NCBI RefSeq assembly: GCF_001194135.2
Contig: NC_068982.1
Coordinates: forward strand, 136,282,147 to 136,346,146
Length of the DNA stretch: 64,000 nucleotides
Direction: 5' to 3'
From: Octopus bimaculoides
Lineage: Eukaryota
Of the stretch, positions 1-10,017 are shown in pieces. The position numbers and the translations under genes are program-made. The notes under the pieces are model-generated. The model was not told the DNA's origin. It was given only the letters and a program-made list of their open reading frames with translations, and made no database searches. How positions within the stretch are numbered: position 1 is the first letter of the stretch; every line of letters starts with the position of its first letter.

Positions 1-202
1 TTCGGTGAAGTTATTTCTCTTTTTCGTATCATCATTGTAATATACCCTCAACCGGCTAAAATTTCGCTACACAGCTCTAATCGGAATACCCACGCCTCGT
101 TCAATGGCAGTAAGTGACGTCGCTAACTGGTATCATTAATTAGCCAAAATACCTACCAATACCCACGTGACCTGATAAATCTAATGAAGATTCAGATATT
201 CT

Positions 203-414
203 TTTCTACTCTAGACACAAGGCCCGAAATTTTGGGGGAGGAGGCCAGTCGATTAGATCGACCACAGTACGCAATTAGTACTCAATTTATCGGCCCCGAA
301 AGGGTGAAAGGCAAACTCGACCTTGGCGGAATTTGAACTCAGAACGTAAAAACAGACGAAATACCGCTAAGCATTTCCCCCGGCCTGCTAACATTTCTGC
401 CAGCTCGCCGTCTT
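203..414 (-). mobile_element. tRNA-derived SINE, family A (tail A1), full length with TSD
   Basis: The reverse complement starts GGCGAGCTGGCAGAAATGTTAGC (A-box-like), has GAGTTCAAATTCC (B-box) and the central GTCGA.TTTGCCTTTCA.CCTTTCGGGG domain, and ends CCTTGTGTCTAGAGTAGAAAAG. A direct repeat ATGAAGATTCAGATATTCT flanks it at 184-202 and 415-433. Confidence 0.9.
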
Positions 415-450
415 ATGAAGATTCAGATATTCTCATCTTTAAATTCCCTT

Positions 451-492
451 TATTCTTTTCTACCCTAGGCACAAGGCTCGAATTTTTTTTTT
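451..492 (-). mobile_element. SINE A 3'-tail fragment (heavily 5'-truncated)
   Basis: TATTCTTTTCTACCCTAGGCACAAGGCTCGAATTTT matches the tail of the copy at 203-414. Confidence 0.7.
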
Positions 493-1826
493 AATTCTCT
501 TTATTCTGTCTCAATTATATGTGAAAACGAATACGTGTAGCTGTGTCTGCCAATTTCTATATAATATGGTACAGAGTCAATCTGTTATTAAATACTTACA
601 ACTTCAAATAACTGTGATAACTGCTACTGTACATCATTAGTACACCTACTTATATGCTTTTCGAAATATCGTGAGCTAATTACGTCGTGAGCTAATTATA
701 AATGAAGCGATAATATTGTCTCGTCTTCATTAAACAGCTTCAGAAGAAAGTACGAGGAAGGTTAGGTTGTATGAATAAATTATATGAGGTATTTTCAATA
801 TTCAAATCTAAAACAAAGCAAATGTACAAGCTCGGAGTAGAATGTGTTTCAACTAGTTTATATACAAGAGTTTAGATTTTAAGACGGTTGACTATGTTAG
901 CTCTGTAAAGCTACTTTTTAGAGATGATCAGGGAATTTAGGTTTTTAATGAAATTATCTAGAGTTTTTCTGATCTTGTACATGAGATATGTGTTGAAATT
1001 GTAAACTTGTCTGTATAAGCCTCCGCAGTTATATCTTGCAGCTACTGCGTAAGACATTAAGGATCTATAATACGATTACGTCGCTCATCTTGTCTGAATT
1101 CTTCGAATCTCTGCTTCCTTAGACAAGCTTGAACTTACTTTTATTGATCCAATTAGTGTTACTGAGAAAAAAATTCACTGCCTGTGTGATTCTTCTAAAC
1201 ACACACATACATGGGTCTATACATGATACATACATACGTACGTACATAAATACATTGACACACACACACACATGATTTGTTTTAGTCGTGGGGAAGATAT
1301 CATTGGTACGTTGGTTCCATATATTTTCAGTAGAATGATCGTTCGATTGATAATATTGAACCATGAACGCACCCAAACACGTATCTGAAACAGCCATACA
1401 CCCATAATGATAAATAAATGTATGTAGTCCATTATTTCAGCCTATCTTATATCTTCACAGACACACGCACACACATACAAACACACACATACATATGTAT
1501 GTACATAAATTATATGTATATGCGTATGTGTGTGTATATTTGGTACAATTCAGGAAAAAATCTCGTAACGTGCATTTAAAAGCTCTTATATCGATATCTG
1601 GCTATTACATGTTAACTCATAGTCAGGCATGTTCCAGTGTGGTAAATAACAATGCTAATAGAAATCTGGGAGAAAGCAATCACATCCAACACTCTGGATA
1701 CTATCAGTTCTCTGAAAAAGGGTTAAATTTATTAGAAATGATACATTTCTAAATCTCTCAGAGAGACGTAAGCAGTAGTGATACGATAAAGTAGTTGTAT
1801 GCTGTCAACTTAACGTGACAGTCCCA

Positions 1827-2122
1827 AGAAGGGAATCATACTACTGCTATTTAGCCCTAGGAAGCTGCACCACTTCTTGCCGGCCTTGACACATTTCCTG
1901 TGTCCTTGTTTATGAGGGGGAGACAAGCACCTTCACCCAGCCAAGTCTGCATCCAGGGACATGTTTCTGAGTTTTTTCTCGTCATCAGCCTGGAGTAGCG
2001 TGACTTGCTGGCTGAAGATGCCTGTTAAGTTCTCGTAAACATACAATCAGCCAGCAAGTCATGCTACGACAGGAAGCGGTGCAGCTTCCTAGGGCTAAAT
2101 AGCACTAGTATGATTCCCTTCT
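1827..2122 (-). mobile_element. 296-bp self-complementary element containing a hammerhead motif (Penelope pLTR-derived or retrozyme-like)
   Basis: 1827-1876 and 2073-2122 form a 50-bp inverted repeat (2 mismatches). 1995-2015 and 2047-2067 form a 21-bp inverted repeat (1 mismatch). A hammerhead core lies at 1952-1994. Confidence 0.7.
1952..1994 (-). ncRNA. Type I minimal hammerhead ribozyme motif
   Basis: The minus strand reads UCCAGG-CUGAUGA-C-GAG-AAAAAA-CUC-A-GAAAC-AU-GUC-CCUGGA. It has a 6-bp stem I, an intact CUGAUGA/GAAA core, a GUC cleavage triplet and a very short palindromic stem III (ACAUGU). Stem II closes with a C/A mismatch. Confidence 0.7.
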
Positions 2123-2395
2123 GGATTTAAATTTATTTATCTTTTGAAACAAAATTTAAAATGTAAGGAGTATTCGTTATAAAATATGATCGATCGATGA
2201 AATGTATAGTTAAACAATTATAATAATTCTGTGGTAGACCGAAATGATGCAATAGTGATAATAGCTACAGAGGGGCATATTAACTAGTAACGGTCGTAAA
2301 ATATGAAATATAAAATATACTTATGGGAAATATATATATTAAAAACTATATAACATTCAAGCGAATATAATTTGATAGTTATTATATCGTAATGT

Positions 2396-2734
2396 GAAGG
2401 CGAATGTCTCAGTGGTTAGAGCGTCGATCTTACGATCGTGAGGTTGTGAGCTCGATTCCCGGACCGGAATGCATGTTGCGTTCTTGAGCAAGTCATTTTA
2501 TTTCACGTTGCTCCAGTTCACTCAGCTGTAGAAATGAGTTGCCATATCACTGGTGGCAAGATGTATCGGCCCCTTTGCCTTTCCCTTGGGTAATATCAGT
2601 GGTGTGGAGAGGGGAGGCCGGTATGCATGGGCGATTGCTGGTCTTCCATAAACAACCTTGCCCGGACTTGTGCCTGAGAGGGTAACTTTCTAGGCGCAAT
2701 CCCATAGTCATTCATGACCGAAGGGGGTCTCCTC
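2396..2734 (+). mobile_element. tRNA-derived SINE, family D (CORE-like central domain), full length with TSD
   Basis: Head GTCTCAGTGGTTAGAGCG...AGCTCGATTCCC, central TTCTTGAGCAAGTCATTTTATTTCACGTTGCTCCAGTTCACTCAGCTGTAGAAATGAG, tail ...CATGACCGAAGGGGGTCT. ATATCGTAATGT is repeated at 2384-2395 and 2735-2746. Confidence 0.85.
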
Positions 2735-2788
2735 ATATCGTAATGTAAGGCAATGAGCTAGGAGAATTGTTAGCGGTATTGCATCTGA

Positions 2789-2936
2789 TGTTATCCAAAG
2801 GAGAAACAAAGGCCGATACAACATGGCACCAGTGACGTCGCAACTCATTTCTACAACTGAGTTAACAGGGGCAACGTGAAATGGAGTATCTTGATCAAGA
2901 ACACAACCTGCAGCCCGGTCACAACCTCACGATCGT
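2789..2936 (-). mobile_element. SINE D internal fragment, inverted
   Basis: Its reverse complement resembles roughly 2435-2595 (ACGATCGTGAGGTTGTG...GTTCTTGATCAAG...CAGTTGTAGAAATGAGTTG). Confidence 0.7.
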
Positions 2937-3084
2937 CTGTCTTTACGTTCTGATTTCAAATTCCACCAAGGTTGACTTAGCCTTTCATCCTTTTGGGATC
3001 GCTAAATTAAGCATCAGTTGCCTTTTGAGGTTGATCTAATCGACTGGCATCCTTTCGGGCCTTGTGCCTAGAGTAGAAAAGAAT
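2937..3084 (+). mobile_element. SINE A, 5'-truncated (tail A1)
   Basis: CTTTACGTTCTGATTTCAAATTCC...GTTGACTTAGCCTTTCATCC...CCTTGTGCCTAGAGTAGAAAAGAAT. Confidence 0.8.
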
Positions 3085-3088
3085 GTAA

Positions 3089-3309
3089 AACGGCGAGCTG
3101 GCAGAATCGTTAGCACGCTTGACGAAATGCTTAGCGGTATTTTGTGTCTTCACGTTCTGAGTTCAAATGCCGCCGTGGTGCCGGGGTCGACTTTGCCTTT
3201 CATCCTTCGGAGTCGATAAATTAAGTACCAGTTATGCACTTGAGTCGATGTTATCGACTAGCCCCCCCCCCTCTAAAATTTCAGACCTTATGTCTATAGT
3301 AAAAAGGTT
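3089..3309 (+). mobile_element. SINE A, full length
   Basis: GGCGAGCTGGCAGAATCGTTAGC head, GAGTTCAAATGCC B-box, central domain and tail ...CCTTATGTCTATAGTAAAAAGG. It is followed by ATTATATCGTAAT, the same target as at 2381. Confidence 0.85.
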
Positions 3310-3914
3310 ATTATATCGTAATTTGGCATTAAGAAAAACTTTAGCATTTGCTAGAATGTGCAGCTAAAGCTTTTTGGAAGTGGGTAACTATCAATATATA
3401 TAGAGGTAGTTGGGATGGAGTAGACTACACATTAATTAGTGCTGGGCGAATAGAAGTTAATGTATATATACATGGGTGAAGAATTGCTAATTTGCAATGG
3501 TATAAGATAAGTGTATTTAAAAATCTAAAGAAAAACTAGTAAATTAAACAAGCATGAAATATATGAAAGAAAGCCGGCTTGTTACTTAAAGATTAATAAC
3601 CAGTAGAGATCATAAGGGTATCAGGAAAACCATAGTGGCCGGAGAACTAATAAACAATGGAGACAAGAGATAATTTTAAGAAACTAGCCATGGTCGTAAA
3701 TAGATAACAGTGTATTTCTGTCTCTCGCAAATTTATTATTTTTATTTTTATGTTATTTTATTTCCCTTGGCTCACTTAAATCCACTACTTCGTAAGGTAG
3801 TTTTCAGTTTTTTTTTTTCTTATTTATATATTGTTTCTTTTTTATTTGACTACCACCATCACACAAGAATAATTTTGTTATATTTTTTCCTTTTTTCTTA
3901 ATGCTATCAACACT

Positions 3915-6900
3915 TCATTTTCTTTGTTTACCATATAGGCTAAGAGGAGGCGCAATGATCTAGTAGTTAGGGCAGCGGACTCGCGATCATAGGATCGCGG
4001 TTTCGATTCCCAGACCGGGCATTGTGAGTGTTTATTGAGCGAAAACACCTAAAGCTCCACGAGGCTCTGGCAGGGGATGGTGGCGAACCCTGCTGTACTC
4101 TTTCTCTCACTCTTTCTTCCTGTTTCTGTTGTGCCTGCAATTCAAAGGGTCAGCCGTGTCACGCTGAATATCCCCGAAAACTACCTTAAGGGTACACGTG
4201 TCTGTGGAGTGCTCAGCCACTTGCACGTTAATTTCATGAGCAGGCTGTTCCGTCGATCGGATCAACTGGAACCCTGGACGTCGTAAACGACGGAGTGCCA
4301 ACAACAACATATAGGCTAAAGAAAGAGGGTACGATACAAAAACAGACAAACAAATAATGGGTCGAATATGATTAACAGTATGAATGAGCAATTTGAAACA
4401 TACAAAATAAAATAGAAATGTATGATTAGCAAAATGAAGCGGAGGACGTGGTTGAACCCGCAAACCATATTCTCACTTAATGTCACAATCTTCAGTTTGA
4501 ATTTTCCTTTTCATTCTCTTGCTTAATCAGGTCGTTTCACTCGCAACATACTCGCCACAGACTTCCATCTTTTACGAAACACACTTTGCAATAGGCATTT
4601 CTTCTCCAAACTTATTTTTCTTTTCATGTGGAAAACGAAAAAGTTAACTAACCCAAGGCTAGAGATAAACATTGCCTGTCACAATCCCTTTCACTCTCGT
4701 CTTCAATACTACCTCCTTCGCAACAGCAACTACTGAGAGAAAACAAGCCTGCTCTTCCATATTTAGGGAGGAACAATCTAGATTCGCTCGACAGTTGTAC
4801 TCTTCTCGAATGTGACAGCAGGTGTTCGACATAAGCCCAGAGTTCGGGCATTGCAGAATCGCGTGCAGAACAGTTTTACTGCCCCGCCCGCATCTTGGAC
4901 AAGCCGTCGAAGGCGCAGACCCAAGTTTAAAAAGCTTATCTCGGAAAGGTAAGGTGCCTCTGTAACATTGCCATGCTAGGGGCTTGTGGTAATTATCCAT
5001 AGGACCTGACCCGAATGTTCTTCGGTATAGGCTGGCGAGTTGACCTTTATCGGAGCCCAGGGTTTATCCCAGGACGTCATCACACTTGAACTCTACTAAC
5101 CCTCTAAAGAAGGACGAAGTAGAACCCTCACCACCGGTGTTGCCCGACTGGCAACACTCTGCATGCCACGTGCCCAACCTCGGTCTACGCTTAATCCATG
5201 GGTCCAGTTCAGTAAAGAGTATGAGCCGTGGAAATAACAGCTTGACAAACGGAGAAAACACCTGTTCACCGTTCAGGTAAAGCCAAAAGTGCCTAAGCCT
5301 CAGCGCATGTCTGCGCATTTTTAGCCCGGCATCCCTAGGCCATCCTTCATCGGTTTTTGGTAGCAGATAGAGCGCCTTACAAGAGATCCCCTGCCCCTCC
5401 ACGCAAAATGGAAGAGTATGCCTTCCAACTTGTTCGGCCACGAATCGGGACAAGGGACGACGGTCAGGCGCTAGATAATCACAAATGCGATACACACCTC
5501 TGCGACCTCCGCCCTCCCTTTCAGGGACAGCTTCCGCTCAGACCAGGTCTGAGTTTTGGGAGCAACTCTGCCTGCCTCCTCGCTCCAATTATTCTCTATT
5601 TGGAGATCCGGACCTAACCAGGTTCCAAGAATTTTCACCGGTCGTCCGTCCAACGTCGCACGACACTCTCGGACAGCATTGACGTGTCCCTCCAGGTGCC
5701 GAATAGCAAGCCGATCGATTCATCCTGGTTAATGTTTGATTCCCCCACAGCTTCCTAATCACTTATGACCTCACTTACCCGACGTATATGCTCGACCCGG
5801 GATACGATGACGGTGATGTCATCTGCGTACGTCGAAGCCGACCTTCCGCACCCTAGATCTTGCGGAGTGCCCCTCATAGATTCCAACTTCCTCTGCAATG
5901 GCTTGAAGGCCAAAACGTACAGAAGCGGAGAGAGAGGGCACCCTTGATGCACCGATCGTTCAATGCAGAACGGCTCCGCATCCGAATAATCGATTCGATG
6001 TCGCTGTATAAAGCAGTAATCCAACCACGAAGGCCGGGCCGAAACCAGCCGCCGAAATGGACCATAGCCCCATCCTTTCCAGAAATTCTATTTACCCTCT
6101 CTAAGGTATAGTGGAGAAAGAGGAGATTGTCCTGAACGGATCTGCCAGGGATCGCACGTGTTTGACCTATCCCAACAAGTCTACTCACGACTCGCAACAA
6201 CCTTTTTGCTAAAACCTTGGCCAAAATCTTCAGCTCTGCGTTAAACAGAGTGATGGGCCAAAAATTATCAATTAGGTCCACCTTGTTTGGGTCATTTCTT
6301 AGCAGCGCCACAACCCCCCGGCACACAAATTTTCCCATTCTGTTGCTAGTTGGTGTACGCGCATGTAAGTAGGTGCCCAAACAAGTCTTTCATACTAGAA
6401 TACAGTTCATAAGGCAGACCATCAAGTCCAGGCGATTCGTCCCCACCGCAATCTGCTAACGCTTCCTCGACCGCCATAGCTGTGATCGGCCCTTCACAAG
6501 ATTCCGCATCCTATCCCGAGAAACGCGGCGAACTGGCCAGGAAGTCTGCGAGTACCCTACGTTCCGGTACGCCCCACTCCCGAAAAGCTGGGTAAAATAC
6601 TTGTGAAACACCTTGCACATCTCGGGTTCGTTTACTGAACGACAAAGTGGGTCCGTAAAAGACCGTATGGTTGAGCTATTGCTGCATAGGCTCTCTACCA
6701 CCTGGACCCATCCAGTCGCGTTGATTCCTTCTTGTCACATTGCACGTAACTTAGCCCTGACAATGCACCCTTCATGTTTAGCTTTGAAATGTTGGTCGAG
6801 TGCCAACCTCGCCGCAAATACTTTGGATGCAGAGCCTGACCTCATTGCCTCTTTTACTGCTTTAACTAGCATCCTTTCTACTCTATTTCTAGCACTAGCT

Positions 6901-7727
6901 AATTCTTTACTAAACCTAATTGACTCAAATGTTATGGCTCTCTGGAAGGCGAACCACCATTTATTATTTATAATGGATCCGATTAATACCCTTATAACTA
7001 ACTGTCTAATCCTGTTCCTGTATGTTTCACAGCTCAATAGCGACTTGTTTATCTTCCGGTAACCGGAACCCTGTCTACACATGATTTCTAAGTCGAGCGT
7101 ACAGGTAAAAAATTTGTGATCAATATAGCTGACAATACGGTGTTGTGGAGAACTAACTATTCTCTTATCCTTACTTCTTACAATAATTCTATCTCAGTAA
7201 GATCTGGACGACCCATTGTTATTTGCCAATGTCCACGATGGAACGTCTGGGTGGTTCAGTCTGAATTGGTCTGCCAGCTCAAAACGACTTAGCAGACCGC
7301 TGAGGCAAGAGTATCCCCCCTTATCCGATCTTGAGCCAACATAATTTACGCGTGCATCGTGGATTGTGTTAAAGTCACCTAGCAAAAATAACGTATTTGA
7401 CGTACCTAGAAAATTCTCTAGGTTTCTGAAGTAGTCACACTGTCCGGCTTTTCCTTCACAGGGAGCATAGACAGCTTCCAGCCTAAACACTTTACCACTG
7501 CTGTGCGTCACATCCAAAACGACCAACCTCCATTAAGGATTTACTAAGACAGTTCTTATCTCTAAATCCACATTTTTCATGAATAGCACAACACCTCCCC
7601 ACCTCCAGGTTGGCTTGGAGAAATAAATTTCTTTTAATCGCTTAGGAGGCGTGAAAACGATTCCAACCATAAGATATGAAAATGGATTTAGGGGAGAGAT
7701 TCCAGCTTCCCCAGATTCTCCATACAA
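3915..7727 (-). mobile_element. L1/Tx1-clade LINE, ORF2 pseudogene (APE endonuclease, RT and C-terminal Zn motif), 5'-truncated and frameshifted
   Basis: Endonuclease motifs AVYAP and LLGDFN...W..N...SY (7194-7526). RT motifs WPITLFNAELKILAKVLAKRL, SVHQGCPLSPLLYVL and YADDITV (5755-6380). C-terminal LAWQCYRGTLP...CPRCG...TVLHAILQCP (4659-5000). The 3' UTR continues across the nested SINE C to TTAGCCTATATGGTAAACAAAGAAA near 3915-3945. Confidence 0.9.
3946..4307 (+). mobile_element. tRNA-derived SINE, family C, nested in the LINE 3' tail
   Basis: GGAGGCGCAATG..CTAGTAGTTAGGGCAGCGGACTCGCG...GGTTTCGATTCCC head and a (CAA)n tail. TSD CATATAGGCTAA at 3932-3943 and 4308-4319. It is highly similar to 59165-59540. 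Confidence 0.9.
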
Positions 7728-7729
7728 CC

Positions 7730-8100
7730 CTAGGTCCAGGTGTGTTCCTCTTGTCTGAAAAGGCCAAAAAAAAAACTTATCGTAATTGAATTAACAGTCC
7801 TGTGGGAAGAGGGAAGTCCATTAACGGAAGCGTGCCAGATATGACAGCCTTCTGCGGGATTACAGGATGACAGCATGCGTAAGGCAATTGGTATGAGAGG
7901 TAAGGAGAGAAGGGTGTGCAGAATGGGAGAGCCTCTTGTTGAGATGTGTTAAGTGAAAGCCAGGAGGAGATGAAGAGCAGTGACTTGGCCATCTCTGCTG
8001 ACCCACCAATGGGAGAGTCACAACTTTGTGTAGACTTTGTGGAGAAAGGATGAACGGTGGATACCGTCTGACGACAACAGTTCCTCCTGGCCATGGCTTC
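7730..8100 (+). mobile_element. HERO-like RLE non-LTR retrotransposon, C-terminal/3' fragment
   Basis: Broken translation (R)P.VFLLSEKAKKKLIVIELTVLWEE...RKRARYDSLL...AIGMRGKERR..RMGE. This resembles the PD-(D/E)xK restriction-like endonuclease C-terminus of HERO elements. Confidence 0.55.
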
Positions 8101-8624
8101 ATTAACTTACAGGTGTTATTAACAGAGAGAGAGACAGAGAAAGAAAGAGAGAGGCAGAGAGTGATTCATATAGGCTTCTCAAGCGATCGTGACTCGATCT
8201 TACACTGAATGCTGAAACTGAACCGAATATGTCGCGAAAGAGTACTGTAAACCAATTACAAACACACTACATAATGTAATATATTCCTTATTTGAATTCT
8301 TACAAGAAATTGCCAAAACATTCTTTCGCAGTTCCCCGACCGCATGGAAAGTGTTTTTAACATTTACATCTCAATATAGGTAAAACAGGTGAAAGATTCG
8401 ACAGGTATTGGAATAGTAAGACTAGAAATATTTCTTCACCTACAATTTACTATTATTCAGAAGGCAAACATTAGGACTCAACCAATAAAAGAAAGTGTGC
8501 GAACGATATTTACATAGGGCTATGTTGCAGAGCTAAGACAGGTTCAGGTTAAAATATTGCGTAGTTTTACACAAACATAGGTCGAGCTTAAGTTTGAATG
8601 TTACAACACCTATTTCCTCGTATA

Positions 8625-8626
<2 letters not shown>

Positions 8627-8712
<86 letters not shown>

Positions 8713-8760
8713 GCGTGTGCGTGCGCGCGCCTTTGTGTGTGTGTGTGTGTGTGTGTATAT
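8627..8760. repeat. Compound microsatellite (TA)n(TG)n(GCGT/GC)n
   Basis: Read directly from the sequence. Confidence 0.95.
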
Positions 8761-9665
8761 GTGAATGTGTGTGCCCGCGCATATTTTATGTGTATGTGTA
8801 TGTATGTGTATACATACAGATATAATCGTGTAGCTATGCATATATACATATATCATATACGCGCATATGAATCATGTACACACACAAACACACACACACT
8901 TATATATAAATACATATGTTGTCTATGTGTTTTTTTTTCTGTGTATACGTGAATATTCTCAACTCTGATGCAAGTTGACTTACGTCAGAGATAAGTTATT
9001 ACAGCTTAGAGCATTCATATGTTCTAATAAATTCAAGTTAATCAATTCATTTACTGTTTGCAACTCTAATAACTGCCCATCTCTGACGTAAGTCGAAATC
9101 GGTTTGTGATTGGGTGGAAATTGCGCACAAGATTATATACAGGATAAAAGTATTGCATCGGCTGTCTGCGTATCTAATGATTCTTGCAATAATTCCTTAC
9201 TTGGTGATTGTCCATATGACAGGAAGCAGATAGCCAAATATGTGTGGCATTATGTGTTGCACTTCCATTTCTAAAATAGTAAGACTTTGATGATATATAG
9301 ATGTATTTCCTTAATAATATTAATTCCAATGTATTAGTCGATAAAGAATTCAGTGCATCAGTTAATACACCATAGAGAATAGTCTATTCGTATTTCTACC
9401 TAGCACTCCACACACAGAAGCCGGTAATTCCTCACTAGCTGATAATTATTCATAGTACACATACACACACGTGCACACACATATTTATTTATTCATATAT
9501 GTATATATATCCATACACATGTATATATGTATATATGTATGTATATATACATACATGTGTAGATATATGTGTGTGTGTGAATGCATATATATGTATATGT
9601 AAGTGTGAATGCATATATATGTATATGTAAGTGTGAATGCATATATATGTGCGTGTGTTTGTGTA

Positions 9666-9706
<41 letters not shown>

Positions 9707-9729
9707 ATATAAATATAGTGCGAGATTAC

Positions 9730-9965
9730 AGCAAATAAAACACGAAGACAGGTGTGGGTAAATCAAGTAGGTACATTAGTTTGATGCTCTGGAAGAATGG
9801 AAAAGTCTTTGACGTTTCGAGCCTGCGCTCATCGACAGAAAGGACTGAGAGGTAAAGGACAGAGAGAACGAAAAAAGAAAACGGAGAGAAATAAAAATGT
9901 GTAGGCATTAACGGTTCAACATGGTGAAAAAGGGAAAGAGAGAGCAGGAGAGAGACACAGAGAGA
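9730..9965 (-). mobile_element. Penelope-like pseudo-LTR remnant between (CT/AG)n tracts
   Basis: Pyrimidine-rich minus strand carrying a minimal hammerhead at 9804-9846. A related copy lies near 37690-37750. Confidence 0.55.
9804..9846 (-). ncRNA. Minimal hammerhead-like motif (loopless stem III)
   Basis: The minus strand reads AGUC-CUUU-CUGUCGAU-GAGC-GCAG-GCUC-GAAAC-GUC-AAAG-ACU. Stem I is CUUU/AAAG, stem II is GAGC/GCUC, and GAAAC-GUC has a palindromic ACGU. The core deviates from CUGANGA (A6 to U). Confidence 0.55.
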
Positions 9966-10017
9966 CACAGAGAGAGAATAATAGCAAAATTAGGTGGTGA
10001 TATATTCTGAAAGTAAA

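Noticed and set aside
1140-1195. Minus-strand micro-exon candidates (1140-1195 RITQAVNFFLSNTNWINK; about 28528-28595; plus-strand 33662-33698, 17066-17212, 58404-58501)
   Set aside because: Each has only one good splice signal, a weak acceptor or stops in all frames. No recognisable homology and no consistent chain of phases.
3946-4030. tRNA-like cloverleaf heads (also 2396, 59165 and SINE A/B heads)
   Set aside because: They continue into SINE bodies and lack a proper acceptor stem, so they are not functional tRNA genes.
8533-8952. ORFs of poly-(HT), (CV), (YI), poly-I/L/N and similar (also near 12430-12829, 35496-35863, 42334-42745, 45743-46021, 47446-48068, 51226-51456, 63132-63359)
   Set aside because: They are translations of di-, tri- and tetranucleotide microsatellites, not genes.
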